Program-made: the position numbers and the translations under genes
In this document: piece by piece, positions 56,000-63,912 of the stretch
Layout: every line of letters begins with the position of its first letter
How positions within the stretch are numbered: position 1 is the stretch's first letter
Origin: an uncultured Acidobacteriota bacterium
Lineage (GTDB): Bacteria; Acidobacteriota; Thermoanaerobaculia; UBA5066; Gp7-AA6
Direction: 5' to 3'
DNA: 64,000 nucleotides
NCBI GenBank assembly: GCA_963739435.1
Contig: CAVUAN010000005.1
Location: 168,128-232,127 of the forward strand
The notes under the pieces: model-generated
Database searches by the model: none
The model's input: the letters and a program-made list of their open reading frames with translations, nothing else
Told to the model about the DNA's origin: nothing

Positions 56000-58900
56000 C
56001 TACTCAAAGTAGCCGTTGACGTCGAGAACGAGGTCCATGGTCCCCGCTCCCTGGTTGCATTTTACCGTGATTGTGCCGCCCGGCCCGAGCCTGACAAGCG
56101 AACCCTTCGACCGGGTTTGGCCCGTATTGTAGTTGATGGTGGCCGTGATCCCAGGGGTGGACCCGCCCGCGACGATCTGCAGGTTGCCGCCGCTCGTCTC
56201 CCCGGTGGCGGCCACGTTGACAACGATGGCCTGGGCCGTCGAGGGGACGCCGCAATTGCCGGACACGATGAAGGTCCGCGAGGCGCCCGCTGCCAGGGAG
56301 GGCGTGTCCGTCGTCCGGGTATCGATCAAGCGGCAGGGGGTGACGGTGAAGAAGTTGCCGCAGCTGGCATTGATGGCCACGTTCGCCGTGCCGCTCGCGA
56401 AACAACCCGCCGCGTTCGACACCCCTACGCCGAGGACAACGGGGCCGGCAGACGGGTCGGCGCTGAATGTGATCGAAGCGAACCCGGCTCCCGAAGTGAT
56501 GACGCCGTTTGTAATGGTCCAGACGTAGCTTGCGCCCGGGCCGGCGTCGGGCACCGAGGCCACGTTCGTCGTGGACTCGGCGCAGACGACGGAGGGAGCT
56601 GTGATCACCGCCGAGGGCGCCGGGTTGACGGTCACGTTCGTCGTCGCCGGGTCGCTCGAGCAGGTGCCGATCGTGGCCACGACCGTGTATGTGCCCGAGG
56701 CCGCCGCCGTCGCCGAAGGAATCGTCGGGTTCTGAGCGGACGAAGTGAACCCGTTGGGGCCCGTCCAGGAGTAGGTCGCCCCGCCAATCGTCGAGGCGGT
56801 GAGGTTGAGAGTCGAGCCGGCGCAGATCGGCCCGTTGTTGCCCGCCGTGGGCGCCGCCGGGCGGCCGCCGTCGTTGTTGTCGAGCAGACCCGAAATCGTC
56901 ATGTTGTAGCTTGCGCAGCCCGTCGTTGCCACTTCATGGATGACCGTCGTGAAGGACGCTCCGGCCGGGACATTGAACGACCAGGTCGCCGTTCCTGCGA
57001 AGCTCGAGCCGGGATCCGCCAGGTAGTTCGTCTGGATGTTCGCCGGATCGAAGGGGCCGAGATAAGTCACGTAGAAGATGTTCGTTCCGCAACCCGACGT
57101 GACCTGCGTGGTCACGCAAACGGGCGTGCCGAGGGTATTCGTGTACGTGTAGGCGTCGTACCGCCGCAGAACGGAGTCAAGATTGGCCGGCGTGGCGTGG
57201 GTCGCCGAGCAGGTCGTGCTGACGCCATTTCGGGACAGACGGCCCGTCTGCGTGGGGTCGCCCGCCGCGATGCTTCCATTGACCGAGATCGGGAAGCCGC
57301 ACGTCGGAAGGCTGAACAGCAACGGTGTCGATCCGGCCGAGGACGTCACGGTGAGCGTCAGGTCGATGTTCGTGCCGCAAACGAAGCCTGGGGACGTCGC
57401 GATCTGGAAAGGCGTCGTGTTGCCAGTCGCCGATCCCGCGGAGACATTCGGATAGCCGGAATTGGGCTGAACGACCGTGACGCCGGGTGTCGTGGTTGAG
57501 AGAACTCCGGAGATCGCGGTCCCGACGGCGCAACCGACGTTGTTCAAGGGGATATTGACCTTCACGCACTCGTTTCTGTTGATGACGCCATTGTTGTTGC
57601 CGCCGGAGTCATCGATGGAAGCCGTTCCGAGCGAGAACGCAGCCGTGCCCGCCAGGACGAAGTTCCTCGTCGTCACGGCCCCGTTGTTGATCGTTGCGCC
57701 GACGGAGGCGGAAGGCGTGCAGCCGGGCCGCAGCGGAGCCGATGCTGTCGCGTTGACGGCGCCCGGCGGGAGAACGATCGTGTAGATGCCCAAAGAATTC
57801 GTGGCGCCCGAGAAACCATTGTCCAGGTTGACGAGCGCTCCCGGAATCGGCACGCCGAGTCCGTCCTTCACAGTGCCGGTCAGAGTTCCCTTCGCGGGCG
57901 GGGAGCACTCCGCGGGCCCGAAGCGGAAAGCGCCGATGCGGGTATTCCAGTTGAAGCTGCCATTGGCCGGCTGATACTGGTTCGTGTACCAGAATGTGCA
58001 GCCGTCGCGGGGGTCGACAGTCATCGCCGAATAGTCGCCCCAGCGGTTGGCCGTTCCGATCTGCACACCGCCGCCGGTCTTCATCACGGTCTCTGTTCCG
58101 AGCGTGCCCAGCGGATCGCTCGAGAGACGGCCGACGACGTCGATCTCGGGGAGAACGGCGGCGGAGGACTTGCTGTACCCGAGCGCTATGTTGCCGCTGT
58201 TGTCCATCGCAACGCTTCCCATCCACCGGTGATTTGCGTCCGGGGCGTAGGTGCCCTGCTGGAAGACCGTCTCAACGCCGCCAGGCAGGCGAATCTCGTA
58301 CCAGCGGGGAGCCGCGTTGTTGAGCGCCTGGGGAGACGCAAAGGGGTTCGTGTTGACGGTGTCGGAAAGCACGATCGACTCGAAGGCCCCGAAGTTGCGG
58401 TAGGCCACCCGGTTCATCAGGCGGCCGGAAATCGCGTCGACGTTAGTTCCCCCCGGGGGCTGCGGAATGCAGCCGCGATTGAAGTCGCACATGTCCGTGT
58501 TGTACACGGTAATGCCCGGCATATCGGTCGGACCCGTCAGCGTGGTCGCCGGTATCGCGCCCCAGGTGGTCGTCGCCGTCCAGACGTGGAGAGTCGCTGA
58601 TCCAAGCGCCGTCGTGCCGTCCCATTCGAAGGAGCCGGGCGCGAAGATGCGCTCCGGCGTGGTCGCGGGCGGCGGTGTGAGGCCGTCGAGATCAGCAGGA
58701 AGTGCGCCGAAGTATGTGAACGTCAGGTCCATGGGAGTCGGGACCACGCGCGCAGGCAAGCCGGCGAGCATCGCCGGGCGCTCGAACGCAGCGAGCCCCT
58801 GGAAGAGGAAGGCCGTTCCCGCTCCGTTGAAGACGTGGTACGTGGAGTAGTAGGCGTCCGGCCAGACACCGTGGTGGGGATAGTCCCAGAATTGATTGGT

Positions 58901-59884
58901 TCCGAGAGGAAAAGCGTAGAGATAGTAAGCGCCGAGCGGATCACCCGTAACCGAGACCGCGGTGCACTGATAGGAGTCCAGGCTCGCCCCGACTTGCACG
59001 GCGAACTGGGTCAGGATCCAGCGGTCCGCCAGGTTGTCGTAGACGACGAGCGGATCGCCGTCATTGAAGACCACACAGGGCGACGACGGGCCGAGTGCCG
59101 TGAAGAGCGAGTTGCCGGCCGAGGGCCCGTAGAGCAGGGTCCCGCTCTTATCGAAGATCGCGAAGTTCACGTTGATCCACTGGACGTAGTGGTTGGGTCC
59201 GACCCGGCCGTTGTTGTCGGGCGGCGCGAAACCATTTGCCGGAAGGCCGTCGAAATTCACACCGGTCGGCGTCAGCAGCGAGGGTCCCGGAATCTGCTGG
59301 ATCGCTCCGTCCGGCCTGGTCGGGGCGTTCCCAGTCGCCCGGTTGTGGCGGGTGGGGAGGTCCCGGTTCTCGACTTCGGTGTTGGGGTCCGCCTCGACGG
59401 GCCTGGCCGGGATACTGCGCAGCTCCGGTGAAAGCACGGGGACGATGGGGTCGCTCACCTTGACGCGCGAGAGCTCCGCGAGCTCTGCCCTCGAGTATTC
59501 CCTGTGATTCTCTTCGCCGCTGCCTTCGCCGCCGGCCCCGACGCGGCCCGCCATCGCTGCCGCCGCCGGGCCGTCGGGCGAGGAACTGGCGGGACGTGTC
59601 GCACGAGCGGGCTTGACCGTTCTGGCTTTGGAAGGCGTTGTCGCTGTCGTGCTCTGAGGCCGATGAGCTGCCGCGACGGCAGCCGCGATCGCCTTGGCTT
59701 TCGCTTCCTTGTCGGGCGCTGCCACCGGCTCGGGAGCCGGGGCGATCTCGACGACAGATGGAGGTGAAACCGAGCTGGCCAGCTTCGGCCCGCTCGCCCG
59801 ATTCATCGTGAGGATGCCGGCGCCGAGCGCCACACCTGCGACCAGGACGATCGCTGTTGCTAAAATCCGGCGAGTCCCTTTCAT
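56000..59884 (-). CDS. Large (1294 aa) multidomain surface protein with C-terminal two-Cys module (B8)
   Basis: - I trimmed run-through ORF 56000..60910 to the ATG at 59884 (MKGTRRILATAIVLVAGVALGAGIL signal/anchor).
- An Ala/Pro-rich spacer follows.
- A large unassigned globular region follows (..RWGDYSAMTVDPRDGCTFWYTNQY..).
- A CarboxypepD_reg-like segment follows (GTLTGTVKDGLGVPIPGALVNL).
- P-domain-like and Ig-like (ATYSWTGPNGFTSSAQNPTI) segments follow.
- The C-terminus is FFTVTPCRLIDTR...LVLDVNGYFE*. Confidence 0.8.
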   Translation of the reverse strand: MKGTRRILATAIVLVAGVALGAGILTMNRASGPKLASSVSPPSVVEIAPAPEPVAAPDKEAKAKAIAAAVAAAHRPQSTTATTPSKARTVKPARATRPASSSPDGPAAAAMAGRVGAGGEGSGEENHREYSRAELAELSRVKVSDPIVPVLSPELRSIPARPVEADPNTEVENRDLPTRHNRATGNAPTRPDGAIQQIPGPSLLTPTGVNFDGLPANGFAPPDNNGRVGPNHYVQWINVNFAIFDKSGTLLYGPSAGNSLFTALGPSSPCVVFNDGDPLVVYDNLADRWILTQFAVQVGASLDSYQCTAVSVTGDPLGAYYLYAFPLGTNQFWDYPHHGVWPDAYYSTYHVFNGAGTAFLFQGLAAFERPAMLAGLPARVVPTPMDLTFTYFGALPADLDGLTPPPATTPERIFAPGSFEWDGTTALGSATLHVWTATTTWGAIPATTLTGPTDMPGITVYNTDMCDFNRGCIPQPPGGTNVDAISGRLMNRVAYRNFGAFESIVLSDTVNTNPFASPQALNNAAPRWYEIRLPGGVETVFQQGTYAPDANHRWMGSVAMDNSGNIALGYSKSSAAVLPEIDVVGRLSSDPLGTLGTETVMKTGGGVQIGTANRWGDYSAMTVDPRDGCTFWYTNQYQPANGSFNWNTRIGAFRFGPAECSPPAKGTLTGTVKDGLGVPIPGALVNLDNGFSGATNSLGIYTIVLPPGAVNATASAPLRPGCTPSASVGATINNGAVTTRNFVLAGTAAFSLGTASIDDSGGNNNGVINRNECVKVNIPLNNVGCAVGTAISGVLSTTTPGVTVVQPNSGYPNVSAGSATGNTTPFQIATSPGFVCGTNIDLTLTVTSSAGSTPLLFSLPTCGFPISVNGSIAAGDPTQTGRLSRNGVSTTCSATHATPANLDSVLRRYDAYTYTNTLGTPVCVTTQVTSGCGTNIFYVTYLGPFDPANIQTNYLADPGSSFAGTATWSFNVPAGASFTTVIHEVATTGCASYNMTISGLLDNNDGGRPAAPTAGNNGPICAGSTLNLTASTIGGATYSWTGPNGFTSSAQNPTIPSATAAASGTYTVVATIGTCSSDPATTNVTVNPAPSAVITAPSVVCAESTTNVASVPDAGPGASYVWTITNGVITSGAGFASITFSADPSAGPVVLGVGVSNAAGCFASGTANVAINASCGNFFTVTPCRLIDTRTTDTPSLAAGASRTFIVSGNCGVPSTAQAIVVNVAATGETSGGNLQIVAGGSTPGITATINYNTGQTRSKGSLVRLGPGGTITVKCNQGAGTMDLVLDVNGYFE

Positions 59885-60673
59885 CTGCCCACCTCTCTGA
59901 TCCGCGCGTTGTGCGACACCGGTTCGAGGAAGCTGGTCGACGGAGTCGGGTCTTTGTTCGAGTGATGTGGACGCTAACTTCTCCTGCGGTGCTCTGTCAA
60001 GCAAAGAAGCGCGCAGCCGCGTGAGAATGCGCCACGGGTTCGAGGTCCGTTCGCGCAGCCGGGGAGCATCGGACACTGGCCATGAGGACAGGCTGCGGCG
60101 AAGAGATTTCGGCGTGAGTTCCTCCCGCAGGCCAGCAAGGCGGCCGATCACCGCAAACGCCCTCTGGAGCTCCCGGACCGAAAAGGCCGAGCCGTCACGC
60201 CGTCTGTTCTCCCGGGCGACCTCGGAAAGCGCGCAGCCCGCCTGGAGCACCTTATTGAAGAGCGGCAGGGTCGCGCGCAAGCGGTCGCGATACTGCGCGG
60301 TAGCCTTTGAATCGGGCCGACGGCCAGCCCCGTAACGGCGGGGCTCCTGCGAGACAGCTCCAACCTTAACGGGACCTAAGCGGCGGACTTCCCCAATGTA
60401 GCGTCGCCAGGCGGCGTCATCGTCCAATGCCGCGGCGAAACGCTCCCACTCCTCGCAGGTGAAGAGAGCCGGCCCCGGCACCCGAGTCTTGCGATCCGTC
60501 CGCACCTTCGGGGGTTTCGTCCTCGAAGCGGAAGCGATCCTCTCCTTGTAGATTCGGACCGCCTCGGCGTAGGTCACACCCCTCAGGGTTTCCTGACGCT
60601 GCGGGCTGTTCTTCGTGCCGTCCGCGTAGTAGCGGATGACGTAGACGCCGTCCTTGCGCTTGCGAATGGACAT
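59885..60673 (-). pseudogene. Degenerate tyrosine-recombinase (phage-integrase-like) remnant, reads through into B8 without its own stop
   Basis: The N-terminus MSIRKRKDGVYVIRYYADGTKNSPQRQETLRGVTYAEAVRIYKERIA resembles integrase N-terminal domains. ..ELTPKSLRRSLSSW resembles a decayed ..TPHxLRHxxAS.. box. The C-terminal His/Tyr catalytic region is absent. Confidence 0.35.
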
Positions 60674-60740
60674 GGGTTCAAAATCCTTGGCCGGAATCCT
60701 ACTCTTGCCCGGCCCCTGCCGTGACAGGATCTTGCTCGAG

Positions 60741-61193
60741 ATGCCGAAGCCCGGCCGCGCAGCCGCCCTCGTCCTTGCCAGCCTGGTCGGCGCAGCCCCG
60801 GGCGAACTCCTGTCGGCTTCCCCGGCAGGGCCTGCCCGGCCTACGCCAAGCCCCGGCCGGGCGCAGCTCACTGGCAACTGGGGCGGAATCGGAATCAGCT
60901 TGCGGGTCACCCCGGACGGGGCGCGCCTCGAATTCGACTGCGCCCACGGCGAGATTCGTCCTCCCCTGGAGACGGATGAATCGGGCCGATTCCGCCTCGA
61001 GGGCAGCTACACGCAGGAGCGGCCAGGGCCCACCCGGCAGGGCGACGAGTCAAGAGGGATCCCGGCCGTCTACTCCGGCTCGGCCGACGAAACGTCGATG
61101 TCCCTCACCGTGTCGCTGCGCGACCCCGACAGCTCGCTCGGCCCGTACGCGTTGAAGCGCGACGCCCCGCCGCGCCTGCGCCGCTGCCAGTGA
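60741..61193 (+). CDS. Small secreted hypothetical protein
   Basis: I trimmed ORF 60654..61193 to the ATG at 60741 (MPKPGRAAALVLASLVGAAPG.. signal-like). I recognised no motif. Confidence 0.45.
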   Translation: MPKPGRAAALVLASLVGAAPGELLSASPAGPARPTPSPGRAQLTGNWGGIGISLRVTPDGARLEFDCAHGEIRPPLETDESGRFRLEGSYTQERPGPTRQGDESRGIPAVYSGSADETSMSLTVSLRDPDSSLGPYALKRDAPPRLRRCQ

Positions 61194-61196
61194 GCT

Positions 61197-62513
61197 TTAC
61201 TTCCTGTCGTTGCGGTAGACCTTCCCGCCCTTCATGACGAAGAAGACCTTCTCGGTTGTCTTGATGTCTTTGAGCGGGTCGCCCGGGACAGCCGCGATGT
61301 CGGCTTCTTTGCCCTTCTCGATCGTCCCGATCTGAGAGGAGAGGCCGAGCAGGTCTGCTGCCGACGGGATCGTCCGGAGCGACGCGGCTGGCGACAAGCC
61401 GAGGCTCGTCATCAGGGCGAACTCCTGCGCCTGGATGCCGTACTGGAGGGCGGCGTCCGTTCCGAAGGCGATCTTGACGCCGGCTTTCTGGGCCCGCCGG
61501 AACATGTCGGCGCGCACCGAGACGGCCGCCCTGGCCTTCGCTGCGATCGCCGGAGGAAAGGTCGCCGTGGGCCGGGTGACCCACTCGCCGATGAGCAGGG
61601 TCGGCACCAGGTAAGTCCCCTTCGCCTTCATCAGGTTTAGCGTGTCGTCGGTCATGAACGAGCCATGCTCGATCGAGTCGATGCCCGCCTTGACGGCGGA
61701 GCGCGCGGCGGCATCCCCGTGCGCGTGCGCCATGGCTTTCTTGCCCAGTCGGTGGGCCTCGTCCACGGCCGCGGCGATCTCCTCGTCGGTCATCTGCGGA
61801 GCTTGCACGTCGTCGCCGAGCGAGAGCACTCCCCCCGACACGCACATCTTGATGACGTCGGCGCCGTACTTGACCTGGAACCGAACCGCCTGGCGCGCCT
61901 GGTCGGCGCCTGCCAGCTTGCCTTTCTCGGGACCGAAATCGGGCCCAAACGTGTCGGGCGGGAAGCCCGTGCGGTCGCAATGGCCGCCGATCGCTCCCAG
62001 GGCGTAACGCGATACGAGAAGGCGCGGGCCCGGAACGATGCCCTTATTGATCGCGTTCCTCAAGCCCACGTCGATGTCGTCATAGGCGCCCGCGTTGCGA
62101 ACAGTCGTGAAGCCCGCTTCCAGCATCTTTCGAGCGTTGACGGAGGCGATCATGCTCTGCTCCGCCACCGTGCGCCGCAGGTCTTCGAAGAAGTTCAGCA
62201 GGTAGTTGTCGCCCGTGTCGAAGGTGATGTGCTGGTGCGCGTCGATGAAGCCGGGCAACAGTGTCGCGTCGCCGAGGTCCATGACCGTAGCTCCAGCCGG
62301 GACCGCCAGCCCCGATCCCGCCTCGCGGATCTTCGAGCCCTCGACGATCACGACCGCGTTCAGAATCTCGGTGTCGGACCGGCCGTCGAACATCCGGGAT
62401 GCTTTGATCGCCGTCACCGGAGGAGACGCCGCAGTCGCAGGAGCCGACTGGCCCTGGCCGAGGAGGATGGAGCCGGCCGCGAGAAGCCCGAGTGCGAGGA
62501 CCGTCTTCTTCAT
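61197..62513 (-). CDS. Secreted metal-dependent amidohydrolase-family protein
   Basis: I trimmed the ORF to the ATG at 62513 (MKKTVLALGLLAAGSILLG signal). The metal-binding motif is LLPGFIDAHQHI. ..AMAHAHG.. and ..KIAFGTDA.. complete the amidohydrolase ligand pattern. Confidence 0.8.
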   Translation of the reverse strand: MKKTVLALGLLAAGSILLGQGQSAPATAASPPVTAIKASRMFDGRSDTEILNAVVIVEGSKIREAGSGLAVPAGATVMDLGDATLLPGFIDAHQHITFDTGDNYLLNFFEDLRRTVAEQSMIASVNARKMLEAGFTTVRNAGAYDDIDVGLRNAINKGIVPGPRLLVSRYALGAIGGHCDRTGFPPDTFGPDFGPEKGKLAGADQARQAVRFQVKYGADVIKMCVSGGVLSLGDDVQAPQMTDEEIAAAVDEAHRLGKKAMAHAHGDAAARSAVKAGIDSIEHGSFMTDDTLNLMKAKGTYLVPTLLIGEWVTRPTATFPPAIAAKARAAVSVRADMFRRAQKAGVKIAFGTDAALQYGIQAQEFALMTSLGLSPAASLRTIPSAADLLGLSSQIGTIEKGKEADIAAVPGDPLKDIKTTEKVFFVMKGGKVYRNDRK

Positions 62514-62526
62514 CTCTTCCTTCCCT

Positions 62527-63879
62527 TCAAGGTTGTTGGCCTGCCGCCCGAACGGCCGCTTGCCCGCGAGACAGATAGATGACCGCGCCGATTGCAAGCG
62601 CAATGCCGCCGGCGATCCAGTGCTTGGCTTCGGCCGCCGAGAGAAAGAGGACACAAATGGCCAGCGCGATGACCGGAATCGTGTCGCCTCCCGGCAGGCG
62701 CAGGGCCCGCTCGCTCGAGGGCATCCGCCGTCGCAAGACGGGCACCGCCAGGCAGGTTCCGATGTACGTGGCCAGGCGAGCCACGGTCGAGATGACGGCG
62801 AGCTCCTCGGCCAGGCCGAACGTTCCCTTCCAGACGGTCCGCAGGAGGGCGTCGACGCCGATCAAGCCAAGAGCCACGCCCGTCTGGGTCAGCAGGGCCA
62901 CGTAAGGCGTCCGGTACACGGGGTGGATCTTCGCGAAGACGGAGGGAAGGCGCCCGCTTTCAGCCAGCGCGTACAGATAGCGGGGGCCCGAGAGGACCGT
63001 GTTGTTGTTCGTGCCGAGCACCGACAGGACGGCGCCGAGCGTCAAGAGAAAGCCGCCGAAGGGGCCCATCAGCAGACGCCCTGCGTCCGCGAGCGGCGTT
63101 GGTGATTGCCCGAGGTTCGGGATCGTGCCGATCGCAACGAGCTGGACGAGAGTGTAGATCGCCGTCACGATCAGGATCTGGACGACGAGAGCGAAGGGAA
63201 CGTCCCGGCGCGGGTTCTTGAACTCCCCCGCCGGCGCGGCCGTGTTCTCGAAGCCCGAATAGGCGAACAGGACCAGAAGCGCCGCCTTCATGAAGTTGCC
63301 GCTCTCGGGCTTGGGCACCGGGAAGATGCGGTGCCAGTCCACCGAAAAGACGCCGACCAGCACGAGGATCGCGAGAGGCAGGACCTTGCCGATCGCCAGG
63401 ATCACGGCCGTGCGCGCGCCCGACTTGATGCCGACGAGGTTGATCCAGGTCAGGCCCAGAACGGGCAGCACGATCGTGGCGACCTGGCCCCAGCCGTGGT
63501 TGGCTCCGTCCCAGAGGTAGCCCACTGCGCGGGCAAAAAAGACCGAGAGCCCCGAGATCGAGGCCACGCGCGCGATCCAGGTCATCCACCCGACCTCGAA
63601 GCCCGCGAACTCGCCGAAGGCGGCGCGCGTGTACACGATGGCGCCGCCCGGGGTGTCGAAAAGGCTCCCCGCCTCGGCGAAGCACAGCACGAGCAGGAGC
63701 ACCGCGACTCCCGCCGCCAGAATCGCCCAGACGCTCGCCGGACCCAGCAGCATCGCCGCTGCAACCGGCAGGATCAGGTAGACGCCGCTGCCGATGACGT
63801 CGTTGACGGACAGGGCGACGATCTCCCAGCGGGAGACGGCGCGCAGGAAGCCGGCTTTTTCGGGCGTTCTCGAGCTCAA
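62527..63879 (-). CDS. APC-superfamily amino acid permease
   Basis: Intact 450-aa ORF with 12 predicted TM helices. The N-terminal region (..ALSVNDVIGSGVYLILPVAAA..) and ..FAYSGFENTAAPAGEFKNPRRDVP.. are typical of the family. Confidence 0.85.
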   Translation of the reverse strand: MSSRTPEKAGFLRAVSRWEIVALSVNDVIGSGVYLILPVAAAMLLGPASVWAILAAGVAVLLLVLCFAEAGSLFDTPGGAIVYTRAAFGEFAGFEVGWMTWIARVASISGLSVFFARAVGYLWDGANHGWGQVATIVLPVLGLTWINLVGIKSGARTAVILAIGKVLPLAILVLVGVFSVDWHRIFPVPKPESGNFMKAALLVLFAYSGFENTAAPAGEFKNPRRDVPFALVVQILIVTAIYTLVQLVAIGTIPNLGQSPTPLADAGRLLMGPFGGFLLTLGAVLSVLGTNNNTVLSGPRYLYALAESGRLPSVFAKIHPVYRTPYVALLTQTGVALGLIGVDALLRTVWKGTFGLAEELAVISTVARLATYIGTCLAVPVLRRRMPSSERALRLPGGDTIPVIALAICVLFLSAAEAKHWIAGGIALAIGAVIYLSRGQAAVRAAGQQP

Positions 63880-63912
63880 GTGCGCGCCATCATAGCGGAC
63901 GGCTTTCCCGGT

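Noticed and set aside
60671-60700. A tRNA-like T-arm string (GGGTTCAAAATCC) next to the integrase remnant. It could be an att or tRNA fragment.
   Set aside because: No flanking 5-bp T-stem, acceptor stem or other tRNA arms can be drawn. On the coding strand the string is simply the AAGGA ribosome-binding region of the integrase-like ORF.
35764-60700. The accessory region read as a prophage, defence island or secretion-system locus.
   Set aside because: I recognised no capsid, terminase, portal or tail-tube genes. I also found no nuclease, helicase or methylase defence signatures, no toxin-antitoxin pairs and no secretion-machinery ATPases or secretins. Only a decayed integrase fragment is present.
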